Positions 39,955 through 53,885 of a stretch of 64,000 nucleotides of DNA are shown piece after piece. Every line of letters begins with the position of its first letter. Position 1 is the first letter of the stretch. A program made the translations under genes and the position numbers. The notes under the pieces were generated by a model. It was not told where the DNA came from and made no database searches. It saw nothing but the letters and a program-made list of their open reading frames with translations. This stretch comes from Octopus vulgaris (Eukaryota), in contig OX597842.1 in assembly GCA_951406725.2 (NCBI GenBank), positions 21,700,001 through 21,764,000 of the forward strand. Direction: 5' to 3'.

Positions 39955-40167
39955 GTCTGTCTGTCTGTCTGTCTATCTATATATCTATCTATCTATATAT
40001 CATTCTATCTATCATTCTGTCTACCTATCTATCTATCTATATATTTATCTATATATCTGTCTCTCTGTCTATCTATCTATCTTTCTATCTATCTATCTAT
40101 CTATCTCTCTGTCTGTCTATCTATATATCTATCTCTCTGTCTGTCTATCTATCTATCTATCTATCTC

Positions 40168-40210
<43 letters not shown>

Positions 40211-43200
40211 GACCACGCTGCTATTTGTGTGGAAGCGAAACACACTTGAAAAAGACGTGCCCAACCACTGCACACCAAGAGCAACAACAACAACCACTAC
40301 CACAACCAAAGCACTCCGGAAAAAAAAGCTCTACTACCCACACCACCATCAACACAGGAGACGACAAGAGAAGCACAACCCAAGCTAATCCGTCATCAAC
40401 CAAAAACCACTCAACACCTGAAAAATACCAACACCACCAACAACAGCAAGAACCAAAGGAACAGAAAAACAAAGAAAACACACAAAACCTGATCCCCCAT
40501 CCCTTATACCGCACTCACCACACACAAACACTCAACAGACAACAACAACAAAAACAACAGCACAACCACTTACACAGACATACATAGAAGCCTACAACAT
40601 ACCCCTACCCCCTACTGATTCCTCAGAAATTTCGTCGGAAGACGAAACCAGGGAGGAATGGCAAATAGCTACAAAAAGAAGGAAAATAAAGAGCAGAAAC
40701 ACAACCAAATCAAATGCAAACACGAACAAAGCAGGGGGAAATACATCTCCCGAAGACATTTCAAAACCCAACACAAACAACAGCCACACCAACACCACAA
40801 AAATATATACAGCAAACATGCTCACAGCTATAGACACCAAAAACACAAATTTGATGGAATACATCCAATCAAAAACAAACATAACAGAAGATGACATAAA
40901 AACAAACAATCACCCATACACAACACCACCAGACCACATCAAAATATTACACATCTCCAAAAGTCTGCACCACACATTTTCCCCAGTGCGGTTGGTAAAT
41001 GCCAAAAATATCTCACAAAGAAACTGTACTGGGATCTCCTCGAGGACAAACCAAAGGAGGAGAAAGCAAAAACTTTCGAGCAGTAAGTAACCCTCTGTTC
41101 CTTTCACTTGTATTCTAATTCATTAGGATTATGATCAAGATTGGTTGTGTAAATGCGCGTGGCTTGGGGTCCCCTTGGAAACAAGGGTACCTCTTAAATG
41201 ACATAAAGTCACGTAAGTTAGAAATCATAGCCATAAGTGAGACCAGACTCCACAATCCGCGGGCCCTAAAGACCATGTTTGGCGGACAGTTCAACATTTA
41301 TTTTTCCCCCTGTCTGCCGAGAATGGGCGGTAGTGGGGCCGCGGTACTTTTTCGCAAGAGTCTGGATCTCAAAGTAAGGACAATATTCGTAGACCCGGAG
41401 GGTAGACTGGTCGTCCTGGATGTCGACGGCAGCAATGGGTGCGCTTTTCGACTCGTATCAGTCTACGCACCGCCCTTAACAGGTCGGGCGGATTTCTTTC
41501 AACGTCTAGAAGTATTCTTGGGAACGTCTCGTCCTTTACTCTTAGTGGGGGATTGGAATGCTACCTTGGACACGCATGTAGACTACGTGGTAGAGATAGG
41601 AATAGACGGGGATACAAATGCCTCAGAGACCTGCTCAGACGCTTTCAACTGTCTGACAGGTTCCGACTAGACCACCCGAACGCGCCAACGTGGACATGGA
41701 GCAACCGCATCGGGTCGTCGAGATCGTATCTAGATAGGATACTGTGTAGGACAGTAGACAGAGATAGCATAGGATGTTCACAATTCCACATAGTCAGCTA
41801 CACGGATCACAAACTTGTGACATGTACGCTAGACTTAGGTAAGACACTTAGGCAGGGTCCCGGATACTGGAAACTAAACGCGTCTTTCCCATCGAGACAG
41901 GTTTTCAGAGACCGGATTAGCACACTAGTAAAGAGGGCTTTGACGGGAGCCATCATCAACAACAAATGGTGGTTTGCCCTCAAGAGAGCAGTAAAAGCAG
42001 AAGCGATTAGGTACAGCAAAGCACTAGCCATAGATAGAAATAGAGTAGATGGTGAGCTAGTTAAGAAGCTAGAAGAGGCAATTAGAAGCGGCATCGCATC
42101 CGACGTTTTGGCGGCGAGGTTGACCCTCGACCAACACTTCAACGCCAAACACGAAGGATGTGCTGTCAGAGCTAGGATGCGTGCTCTAAGGAACGAAGGT
42201 GTTGGAGCCGCGAGAGAGGCCCGGGTGGCAGAGGCGCAACAGGGCAACAAAGCCACCATTCGGTCCCTGGTAGATGAACAGGGGCGCGAATTGCTCGAGC
42301 CAAGTAAAATGTGTGAGGCCTTTCAGCAGCATTTTGCCCGACTGTTCGGGACGAGTGGAGGGCAAGAACGTAGGGTGGACTTCAGTGCCTACCTACATAG
42401 CCTACCACGACTCTCGACAAGAAAGGCAGGGTGCTGCGAAGGTGCCATCACGGCGGCGGAAGTGCAGGACGCGATGGCAGAATGCTCGAGGGACAAATCA
42501 CCGGGTTTGGATGGTCTACCCTACGAGCTTTACAATTGTATGCCAGACTTGTTTGGAGATCTCTTGGCGGCGGTGTACTGCAACTGGCAGCAAAACAGGA
42601 GCATTCCTGGCTTTGTGAGCCGAGGAGCCGTAACACTGCTGAAGAAAGATCTAAACAAAGGAAATGTAATAGATAACTTTAGGCCCATCACTCTACTTAA
42701 TGCAGACTTGAAAATTTTGGCCAAGGTGCTAGCCAAGAGGTTGGCGCTTGTCATCGAGAAACTGGTCGACAAGGCGCAAACATGCGCCGTGCCGGGCCGG
42801 ACCATCCGTGACAACCTCCACCTGATGCGCTACATCATAGACAGGGTAGTTAACGAACCTGGCATGGGTGGGGCGCCGATCAATTTGGATCAATCGAAAG
42901 CTTTCGATAGGGTGGACCATCGATACTTGGAGGCGGTCCTCAGAGCGGCTGGCTTCGGTCCCGTCTTCCGCGGCTGGATAGCCGCTTTGTACAGAGGCAT
43001 CCGTTCGGTAATTCGTGTGAATGGACATCTATCGAGACCCTTCGACATCGCACGTTCGGTCCGTCAGGGATGCCCCGCTCGTCGCTTCTATACGTATTGA
43101 CTCTCGAGCCATAATTGCGGAAGCTGGCAACTTTGAGGGGCAACCCACGAGAACTGGGATGCGGGACGAGCGTGTCTGCATACGCAGACGACGTCACCGT

Positions 43201-45010
43201 CATAGTGTCTAGCCACGAGCACATCGAGCAGGTCGGCGAGACACTGAAAAACTACGAAGCGGTGACAGGAGCGAAAATCAACCGGGAAAAGTCAGTGGGC
43301 TTGCGACTAGGCACCTGGAGAAGCAAGCCCATGCCGTCCACCAGCGCCTCCGTCGTGGGACGCTGGACCGACGGCCCGGTTGAGTTGCTCGGGGTCTGGT
43401 TTGGTCCGGACCTCCAAGTGGAGAAGAACTGGAACGAGATAACGAGTAGGGTGGTCACTCTCGCCCGGCAATGGGCCGAGAGGAAACTGTCCCTAAAAGG
43501 TCGGGCGGAGGTGGCGAACACATACATCGCGTCCGTCATCTACTACCGCCTGACCGTCGTACCTTGTCCCGACCCTACCATCACCAAACTACAACGCATT
43601 CTCTTTCGCTTCTTGTGGAAAGGATGCGTCCCGATGGTCAGGCGATCCATTTGCTATCAACACCCGTTAAAAGGAGGACTGGGCATGCCGTGGTTGATGA
43701 TGCGCAGACACACGCTGAGACTGCGACATCTCAGGCTCTTCGTAGACGACGGTGAACAGGTGTGGTCGCCGTTTGTGAGGCACGCTTTCCCGCAGCTCGT
43801 CTCCATGACCGAACTGCAGTCGTGGATCAAAAAGAGGCCGAGGAAGGGCGAATGGCACCGCGAGTGTCGCGTTGCTCTCAAGCAACTCTGCCGTCCTAGG
43901 TCGACCTTGAGTGACTTCATCACAACCAAAGCATTCTATAGGGGATTAGTGGAGGGGAGGTACGACGACGATCTCGGGGCGAACCTGGACGTCGACGAGG
44001 AATACCTGACCCGCCTATTCCGGACGACTTTCGGGCCAGGGCCCATGGACAACTTCCAGAGATCCCTGGCCTGGCAGTGCTACCGAGAAGCGCTACCCGT
44101 TCGTTTCTCGAGCCGTGTCTGTAGAGACATGGCTCGAGAAACACGGGGCCGACCTGCCCGAGATGCGGTCAGAGCGACGAAACCGTTCTGCACGCACTCG
44201 TGCAGTGTCCAACAATTTCCGACCTGTGGGCTTATGTCGAACAACTGCTGTCACGTGTGGGACGAGTCGGTTTATCAGCTGAGTCTATCGTCAATATTGT
44301 CACGCCTCCTTCCTTCAAACGGGAAGGAAGAGCTATTTTCATCATCCTTGTGGCTATGGCGAAAGAATGTATCTGGTGGACGCGTCTGAAAGGATTGGAG
44401 ACAAACACTTTCCTCTCTGGTCAATCTCTCATCAACTTCTTCACGTACAACTTGAAAAGGAAAGTGAGAGTAGAGAGGCAAGTTTTGTCTAGCGAATGTT
44501 TTAAAAAAGATGGGTGAATGTAGCAAGGATGGCACGTATGAATGACGGAGCCACCTTGAGCATAATCCTATGAACCCAGAAATTGAAAACAGAGGGATAC
44601 CCACTTGCAAACAAATGTGGTAACATATAACAATATTGACCAAGGTTACCGTGGTCTTTTTCGTAGGCTTTTCTTCCCACGGATACACCTTACTTGCTTT
44701 CCTCTTTACACCATATATCATAACACTGTGATACACGATCCCTATTGATCGTTTTTTTTTCTCTCTTCCCCTTTTTTTCCGCTTTTTTCTTCTTTTTTCA
44801 TTTCTCTTTTCTTTTGTTCCTTTTCCTTTTCGTTTTTTTATTTTTTTTTTTGTTCTTTTCTTCCCTTTTACGATCCCTCTTGATCGAAAACCTACGCCAC
44901 CCCTTTTTTTGTTTCTTTTGTTTTTTGTTTTTTTCATCCCCCAAAAGAAAAGTTCTACCTTGTAACTTGTCCCATCTGTGTGCAGCCCTGTGTGGCCAAT
45001 AAAGAAACTT
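40211..45010 (+). mobile_element. Tx1/L1-clade LINE, 5'-truncated in ORF1, ORF2 frameshifted, inserted in (TATC)n
   Basis: ORF1 zinc knuckle CYLCGSETHLKKTC. ORF2 (41131-~44573) motifs CVNARGL, ISETR, SVYAP, GDWNA, TDH, GPGYWKLN, KSPGLDGLPYE, DQSKAFDRVDH, VRQGCP, AYADDV and CPRC...H...C. AATAAA at ~44998. Absent from copy 1. Confidence 0.95.
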
Positions 45011-45124
45011 ATCTATCTATCTATCTATCTGCCTGTCTGTCTATCTATTTATCTATCTGTCTATCTATCTATCTATGCAGTTATGTGTCTGTCTAATAGT
45101 ATATTTATGTGTCTACCTATATAA

Positions 45125-45657
45125 GTATGTATGTATGTATGTATGTATGTATACATACATGCATACATACATACATGCATGCATACATACATACATACAT
45201 ACATACATACATACATGCATACATACATGCATGCATACATACATACATAAATACATACATACATGCATACATACATGCATACATACATAAATACATACAT
45301 ACATACATACATACATACATACATACATACATACATACATACATACATACGTGCATACATACACACATACATATATACATACATACATACATACATACAT
45401 ACAAGCATGCATGCATGCATACATGCACACTCATACATACATACATACATACATACATACATACTTACATACATACATACATACATACATACGTGCATAC
45501 TTACGTACATACATACATGCATACATACATGCATGTATACATACATACACACACACATACATACATACATACATACATACATACATACATACATACATAC
45601 ATACATACATACATACATACATACATACATACATACATACATACATACATACATACA

Positions 45658-45693
<36 letters not shown>

Positions 45694-46335
45694 TACACAT
45701 AAATACATACATACACACTTGCATACATACATACATACATACAAACATACATACATACATACATACATACATACATACATACATACATACATACATACAC
45801 ACTTGCATACATACATACACACTTGCATACATACATACACACTTGCATACATACATACATACATACATACATACATACATACATACATACATACATACGT
45901 ACATACATGATTGATCGCTAGCTCCAAAAGTCTTTTTATTCTGTTTATTTCCTCGTGATCCTTTCTCTGAAGATCGTAGGCTCGAAACGTAAAATAATTT
46001 CTCTCCTTCCTGACCGTTAAACTATTACACCTGTTTGTTGCTTATACATGTGTCTTCGTCTTTCGTTTGTCTGTAAATTTCAACTATATATATATATGTG
46101 TGTGTATTTATGCGTTTGTGTTTATATATGCATATATAGATAGATGGACATACATACATACATACATACATACATACATACATACATACATACATACATA
46201 CATACATACATACATACATACATACATACATACATACATACATACATACATACATACATACATACATACATACATACATACATACATACATACATACATA
46301 CATACATACATACATACATACATACATACATACAT
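45125..46335. repeat. (TATG)n/(CATA)n microsatellite tracts
   Basis: Read directly from the sequence. Confidence 0.97.
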
Positions 46336-46428
46336 GGTAAAGAATTACTAATTTAATAATTAATAACTTTTACCAAGTAGTTCGGTATGGAAAAAAAAAC
46401 ATTATCGGTAAAAACTTATACAAAAGTT

Positions 46429-46460
<32 letters not shown>

Positions 46461-46552
46461 TTTGTATATTATATTAATTAATTTATTTCTATGTTTTGGT
46501 TTATGTTTTTCACTGTTTGATTTGCCTAATAGTGGTTTTATCTCTAATTTAA

Positions 46553-46839
46553 AGGGTAAAGAACCCCTTCGGTCATGAGTGACCATGGGTTTGCACCTAG
46601 AGAGTTACCCTCTGAGGCACAAGTCTGGGCAAGGTTGTTTTATGGAAGACCAGTAGTCGCCCATGCATACCGGCCTCCCCTCTCCACGCCACCAGTGTTA
46701 TCCAAGGGAAAGACAAAGGGAAAGCAACAAAGTGTCTTGCTCAAGAACACAACACGCAGCCCGTGATTATCCGGGATTCGAGCTCACAACCTCACGATCG
46801 TAAGCTCGACGCTCTAACCACTGAGCCATGCGCCTTCAC
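46553..46839 (-). mobile_element. tRNA-derived SINE with 8-bp TSD, specific to copy 2
   Basis: Head GTGAAGGCGCATGGCTCAGTGGTTAGAGCG...GCTCGAATCCCGG. TSD TAATTTAA at 46545-46552 and 46840-46847. Empty site at ~26602. Confidence 0.9.
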
Positions 46840-46945
46840 TAATTTAATATATAATTTAATATATATATATTTATACTATAAAATTAGATTTAATCCTAAA
46901 TCTAATTTTTCCCTGTAAGTTTGGTTTTACTCCTTAATATTATTG

Positions 46946-47016
<71 letters not shown>

Positions 47017-47021
<5 letters not shown>

Positions 47022-47410
47022 AATTTATATTTTTCACCGGAATAGTTCAATACTGAATTTTTATTCCGACTAGGCAATTTGTCACCGAAATGCATTGCGA
47101 AAAAGCCCGCCATTTTCATAGATATGTAAAGATAAACATTCGTACATGCTACGACGAATTCTACGGTTGGCTATCGAGCTTGTAATGTTATGTTTTTTCT
47201 TATATTTCTTGAGTTTGTTGCACTGATGAACATGAAATGCATATTCTGCATTAAATGCGAAATCACATGTGATATGTAACTGAATTCTCTTTTTAAAATG
47301 ATGTGTTTTGAAGTTTTGCATTCGGTAAAATTTTGTTTATTTTTAGTAGTTTTGACCGCATTGGTCCCTCTTAGCGTGTGGTATCTACGAATAGTAGTAC
47401 CCTCAATATA
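47017..47410. mobile_element. ~390-bp segment within (TA)n, present only in copy 2; probable DNA transposon fragment
   Basis: The paralogous (TA)n tract at 26690-26787 is uninterrupted. Confidence 0.5.
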
Positions 47411-47427
47411 ATAATAATAATAATAAT

Positions 47428-47499
<72 letters not shown>

Positions 47500-47764
47500 T
47501 TAAAGCGTGAATGGATTTGATGGACGGAATCTGAAAGGAACCCATCATATATTTGTGTATGTGTGTTAAGTTCTTGACCCCTCACCACAGCTTGACAACC
47601 GGTGTCGGTGTGTTTACACATCCGTAACTTTGTGGTTTGGGATAAGAGACCGATACAATGATACCAGGCTTAACAAATAAAATAACAAATACTGGATTCG
47701 ATAAACTTGATTAAAATTCTCCAAAGTGGTGTCCAGCATGGCTGAAACTTGTAAAAAATAAAAG

Positions 47765-47801
<37 letters not shown>

Positions 47802-49540
47802 AAACAAGTCAAGATAGAAAAGGCTGAAATAATTTTATAAAGAACATTTCGGTACCGGTTTCGGTCATTTGAGATTATTTCAACTGTAACAATTAAATAA
47901 TTAAATTTAGAAAAATTAAAAGAAAAGTTGTTTTAAAACAATATTTGTATAGTGTTCAAATATAAGTGGCATTTTTCTTCTTTCTGCCTTTCTTTGTCTC
48001 TCTTGTTTACTCTTGTGGATTCAAGGTTCATGTGAATTCTTGGTAGGGAAGAAGAAGAAGAAGAATATATATATATATGTTTGGTGGGGGCGTGGAGTTA
48101 TTGTGCTCGTAGGTTTGCTCCCTGCCATGAAATCGACATTGCCTGTACATGTCCAGAAGTGTGCCACACGTCAGATGTCGAAATGATAACAGAACAACTC
48201 GTGAAATGTATTGTTTTACTGAGTGTAACACCCTAACCATTAGGCCATGGTGTGTTTACACCTATGTATTTACAGCGAAAATTTCCCCCCAATACAACAA
48301 TATACTGTGAACGGCTTTTTTACGGATTCGAGTAGGCCTCAAGCATATTTGAACTGGTAACAAGCTGGTAATTATACACATTGTTTGGCGCTTTCTTACC
48401 CTATGTATGCATACACACACACTCAAGCACGTACACATATCGTAACACGCTATTTTGTTTTTTTGTTCCTTTTTGCTTGTTCTACTGTTTTATTTGTTGC
48501 TCTGTTCGATCCATGGAAATTATTTATTAATTACTGTGATAATCCCATCACCGTTATTGTTATTCGAATACATTCAACATTTCTAGCTTCTAATGTCAAC
48601 CTGTTGGCCTGTTTAATTCATTTAATATCATAATATCTTCTATAGACACACTCCTTCTCAGCTCGTTTCATTATGTAAATGATAATTTTGCTAATGATTC
48701 CCACTGAGCCTTGTTGCTGCTGTTGTTGTTGTAGGTGTTGTTAATGGTGGTGAGGAATTTCCCTGGTTCTAATCTTACTGCCATACACAGAGTGTTCGGA
48801 CTTACTTTCATAGTTTGCATGAATGGAAAAGAGAACACAGAATCCCATCCAAAACTAAAACTGTTTAGAAAAGAAATATTAACTCGATTATGGCTGAATT
48901 TTCGTATTTTATATTTATTTTATGTTCTTTACGTTTCGTGCTGTCCTGTGCCGATATACGCATGTATATACAAATATATGTATGTACGTATATACTTGTA
49001 TGTATGCATATATATTTATATATTATTTCAGGAGTGGCTGTGTGGTAAGTAGCTTGCTTATGAACCATAAGGTTCCGGGTTCAGTCCCACTGTGTGGCAC
49101 CTTGGGCAAGTATCTTCTACTATAGCCTCGGGCCGACCAAAGCCTTGGAAACTGAAAAGAAGCCCGTCGTATATATGTATATATATGTGCATGTGTGTGT
49201 TTGTGTGTCTGTGTTTGTCCCCGTAGAATTGCTTGACAACCGATGCTGGTGTGTTTATGTCCCCGTTACCTAGCGGTTCGGCAAATAAGTACTGGGTCGT
49301 GTTGCTCGATTTAAGGCGATGCACCAGCATGGCCGCAGTCAAATGACTGAAAAAAGTAAAAGAGAGAGTGTATGCATGTATGTGTATGTGTGTGTATGTG
49401 TGTGTGTACCTGCGTGTGTATATGCGTTTATACTCGTACCTTCAAATGGTATTTTAAACAAACACTTCCTAGCTTAAGCTAGTAAAACACGCAAAGAAAA
49501 AGAATATTAAAAATGTTTCATAAAAGTATTTATTGTGCAC

Positions 49541-49840
49541 AAATTTTCCTTAAATTATTCATGCTTGCTCCCTCTCGTTATATGCTGTTTGCTAGTATCA
49601 AGTATACGTTGTCCTTAAATTTTCCTTAAATTATTCATGTTTGCTGCCTCTCGTTATATGCTGTTTGCTAGTATCAATATACGTTGTCCAAATTTTCCTT
49701 AAATTATTCATGTTTGCTCCCTCTCGTTGTATGCTGTTTGCTAGTATCAAGTATACGTTGTCCTTAAATTTTCCTTGAATTATTCATGTTTGCTCCCTCT
49801 CGTTGCATGCTGTTTGCTAGTATCAAGTATATGTTGTCCT
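49541..49840. repeat. Four copies of the 76-bp unit
   Basis: Same unit and same flanks as 28923-33920. Confidence 0.97.
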
Positions 49841-51086
49841 CGTGTACCATCTTGTAAGGTTTCGCTTTCATTCTGACTTGCTTTGTGCTTCTTTTTGGGG
49901 ATCTTTTCCTTTTGAACGGCACATGTCAACAGAATTTTTAGTTAACTAAACACTTTTAAACTTCGTATGCTGGTAGAATGTGTTTATAAAACATCATTTT
50001 TTCTTGGCTTTATTGAGAAAATTCTATAGTTTGTAACATATTTCCACTTTAAAATCGAGCATTTCGGCAATTTTAACCAATCGCTCACCTCCATTTTGGG
50101 TGAAAAGATTCCGTGCTGTATGAATATGTCCCTTGTTTAAGAAACAGATTGGGTTTATTTACATTTGCGAAGAAAAAAAACATGGTGAAAGAAAGAGTTT
50201 AGTGGAATAGTCCAAATATATTTCGTGGCAATCAGAGCAATAACTTAACCACCGACATACTACAACCTCTGTTGTCCTCTGTCTCCTGCCTAGTCCTCTG
50301 CTACCACAGCATCCTTTACTTCACTAAACTAACGAGTTACATAGCAACTCCATGCAGATCCTCTCGGCAACTGTCTTCACACTCGTTTCACCACCAAGAC
50401 TCCGCACAAACCATTTTATCCAATCTTTCATTTCCAGAAAAATCAAGACCCCTCTACAGTTCCTTCCGTACCCTCGTTATCCTAGCAGACATTGACTTAC
50501 ATAAAGTCAAGTTGAAAAAAATCATCGTCTTTGTTAAGAATGTTGGAGGAGCTGTAAATGTCATGTCACCGTCACATCTCATGACTAAGTTATATACGAT
50601 CAGAATGACTATTTGACGACATCATTGAACAACCAACTCCACTCACTGAGTACAGATCAGACGATAAATGAGAGAAGCCCCAATAATTTCACGGAGGTAA
50701 AAGTCGGTGGTTACGGCTTGACACATTTTTTGCCAGGGGTGGTGATTGGGTATCCGTTTGGTCCCTTTTGGCAGTATCTGGTTTTACAGACAAGTAAATA
50801 TGTGTCACAATTGATAACGGAGGTCAGTTCCACCATAATAAAACTCTGAGTGATGCCAATCACCAACCGTCTGCCTCCCTCCGATCCTTAAATGCCAACA
50901 CCTAGCAGGATGGCAAGGAGTACCATTGTTTAACAGTCGCGGTTACGACTCGGCGGTTAACGCCTACCGCCCTCCCCAGGTGGGTGTTTGCTTGATCCCA
51001 GAGGCGATTATTAATTGACAGATGGTGATGCATTGGCAAAAATGGAACCCTCGCGATCTTTTAGGTTTTATTTCTATCACGAAAAA

Positions 51087-51390
51087 TCTTTATATATAAA
51101 ATTGAAGTTGTGTGTGAGACTCTGTCTCCTCCGATTTAGATTCCTAACTACTCCCACATTTTGCGGTGCAGTTTAACCAAAAGCGGGTATTTTATAGTCG
51201 TCATTCATATCGAGCCCTTCTGGGTATTAGCGCGCGTCTACAATGAGTCTACGATTTTAAAAAAATTTACCATCATTTTTCCGCATTTTTTATGATTTTT
51301 GCTCGGGTTATATAATGGAAGTAACTCTCTAAAAATGCTTATATAGTTATTTCCCTTACAAACACGAGCAACGCCGGGCGATACTGCTAG
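51087..51390 (+). mobile_element. Non-autonomous Helitron
   Basis: A|TC start, subterminal GC-rich hairpin (cacgagcaacgccggg), CTAG|T end, no TSD. Confidence 0.85.
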
Positions 51391-51589
51391 TGAAATATAT
51401 TAGGAACAACTCAACCTAATCAATCCTCCCCGTCTCGGCGAGAAGCTTGATAGTCCAGCATGTTGAACATATAAATCATCGGTCGTATCCCTAGTATGAA
51501 ATGTCTAGTTCTTGGGATATTATATATTAAGTGCCACTTTCGTACTTGTCGGCTTATCACCATGTCTCTGTCTATTAGAGTCGATGTAA

Positions 51590-51970
51590 TTGTCTTTCAA
51601 CTTTAACCCCGTAAGTCTAATTCTATAGAGAAAAGGAGGGCAATGAGAGAAAATATACGGGCGATAATGCCAGTTATACGTGGTTTTACGCAGTTTAGGG
51701 AGACAAAGATGAAAGGAAATGGTTTAGAGCGAGTGATGGGGATGAGAGGAGGAGAGATAGTTATATAGAATGTGTCCTGTTGGGGATGGGACATAACCTG
51801 CTAGTTCAGTGAGACAGAAGCTTTTGCAGTAACAGGAGAATTGACAAAAGGAGGCAACACAGTTTTGTGTGAGAAGTTTATCTGACAACAACAGAAATAC
51901 ATTATGGACGCTAATAATGTCCCATAACCGGCATACCAAAATATCAAGATGAATCTGTATGGCAAAGTGT
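51590..51970 (+). mobile_element. Possible degenerate LINE APE-endonuclease fragment
   Basis: SNSIEKRRAMRENI...FRETKMKG...KGG...MNLYG resembles the N-terminus of L1-type APE. Weak. Confidence 0.3.
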
Positions 51971-52574
51971 ATCGTCTGCTTAAAAGATGTCGACCGTTAA
52001 AACATCCAATTTCTTTATTAGCCACGAGGGCCCAAACATAGAGGGGGGCAATACAGCCTGATTGGGGTCAGACACACAATGATTATATGACTTTTAAAAT
52101 TTTACAAAATATAATGAAATCGAATGAGATACAACAAGGACGAAATACAAACATGAGATGAAGCAGAGAGATGGCTTACGCTCCGACCCCACGAGCCCCA
52201 TTCTCCTACTGAAACTTTTGTATGCAGACTTCTGACATGTTCACGAGGGATCTTTCATTCCCAGCACCCTCGTAACATGTAACCATCTTTCTTTGAACAT
52301 TTTCTTTGAATGGCATCTTCGCCCTCATTAGGTGGGTATTTTGCTTGATTCAAAGTGTGGTAATATTAATTAATAGAAGGTAATAATTTATTAGCCAGAG
52401 GAAAATCACACCGACTTATTAGTCCCGTGTGTCTAACAAAAAGATAATAAACAACTTATGGCAATTAATTCCCACCAGCAGCAGCTTCTTAGTGGGGACT
52501 TATGCTGCCCTGCATCTCCAACATACAAAAAGAGATGTCGTTAGTAAAGTCGACTATGTCTACCTGAGAGGACA

Positions 52575-52877
52575 TCTTTATATATAAAACTGAAGTTGTG
52601 TGAGAGTCTGTCTCCTCCGATTTAGATTCCTAACTACTCCCACATTTTGCGGTGCAGTTTAACCAAAAGCGGGTATCTTATAGTCATCATTCATATCGAG
52701 CCCTTCTGGGCATTAGCGCGCGTCTACGATGAGTCTACGATTTAAAAAAAATTACCATCATTTTTTCGTTTTTTTAATACATTTTTTGCTCGGTTTATAT
52801 AAGGGAAGTAACTCTCTAAAAATGCTTACATAGTTATGTCCCTTACAAACCCGAGCAACACCGAGCAATACTGCTGG
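52575..52877 (+). mobile_element. Non-autonomous Helitron, second copy of the same family
   Basis: A|TC start, near-identical body to 51087-51390, CTGG|T end. Confidence 0.82.
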
Positions 52878-53195
52878 TTAAATATGTTAGGTGAGATGTT
52901 TCAGAGTGAGGATCATTCCCAGAATTCATTACGAACAGGTCTCGTGACAGCCACTAACTGTATTGTGCTACAGAGGACAAATTCTTTTATACCTTTTATT
53001 TTTATATATATCATCATCATCATCATCATCATCATCATTATCAGAGTTCAGATCCTGCCGAGGTCAACTTAGCCCCCTTCATCCCCTCGGGCTCGATGAA
53101 AGAATGTACCAGTCATGTACTGGTGTCAGTATTATCGAATACACCATCTTACTCTTCAGAATTGCTGGCCTTGTGCCTAACTCAGAAATCCTTAT

Positions 53196-53203
53196 ATCAT
53201 CAC

Positions 53204-53244
<41 letters not shown>

Positions 53245-53341
53245 CCACCACCACCATCATCATCATCACCACCACCATCATCATCATCATCACCACCACC
53301 ATCATCATCATCATCATCATCATCACCACCACCATCATCAT

Positions 53342-53436
<95 letters not shown>

Positions 53437-53885
53437 TCACCATCATCATCACCATCATCATCATCACCATCACCATTATCATCATCATCATTATCATCAT
53501 CACCACCATCATCATCACCACCATCATCATCATCACCATCATCATCACCATCATCATCATCACCATCACCATTATCATCATCATCATTATCATCATCACC
53601 ACCATCATCATCACCACCATCATCATCATCACCATCATCATCACCATCATCATCATCACCATCACCATTATCATCATCATCATTATCATCATCACCACCA
53701 TCATCATCACCACAATCATCATCATCACCACCATCATCATCATCACTACCATCATCATCATCATCATCATCATCACCATCATCATCATTATCATCATCAT
53801 CATCATCATCACCATCATAATCATCAACATCATCATCATCATCATCATCACTATCACCATCATCATCGTCATCATCATCATCATC
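53196..53885. repeat. (CAT/CAC)n trinucleotide tract with an internal 96-bp higher-order repeat
   Basis: caccATTA variants at 53475, 53571 and 53667. Confidence 0.95.

Larger units (their letters stand above)
36567..50180. repeat. Large segmental duplication, copy 2 (block A')
   Basis: Collinear with 20436-34262 apart from the insertions and deletions described in the findings. Confidence 0.95.

Noticed and set aside
41807-44937. Minus-strand ORFs overlapping the Tx1 LINE
   Set aside because: Shadow frames of a GC-rich ORF2 and its T-rich 3' UTR.
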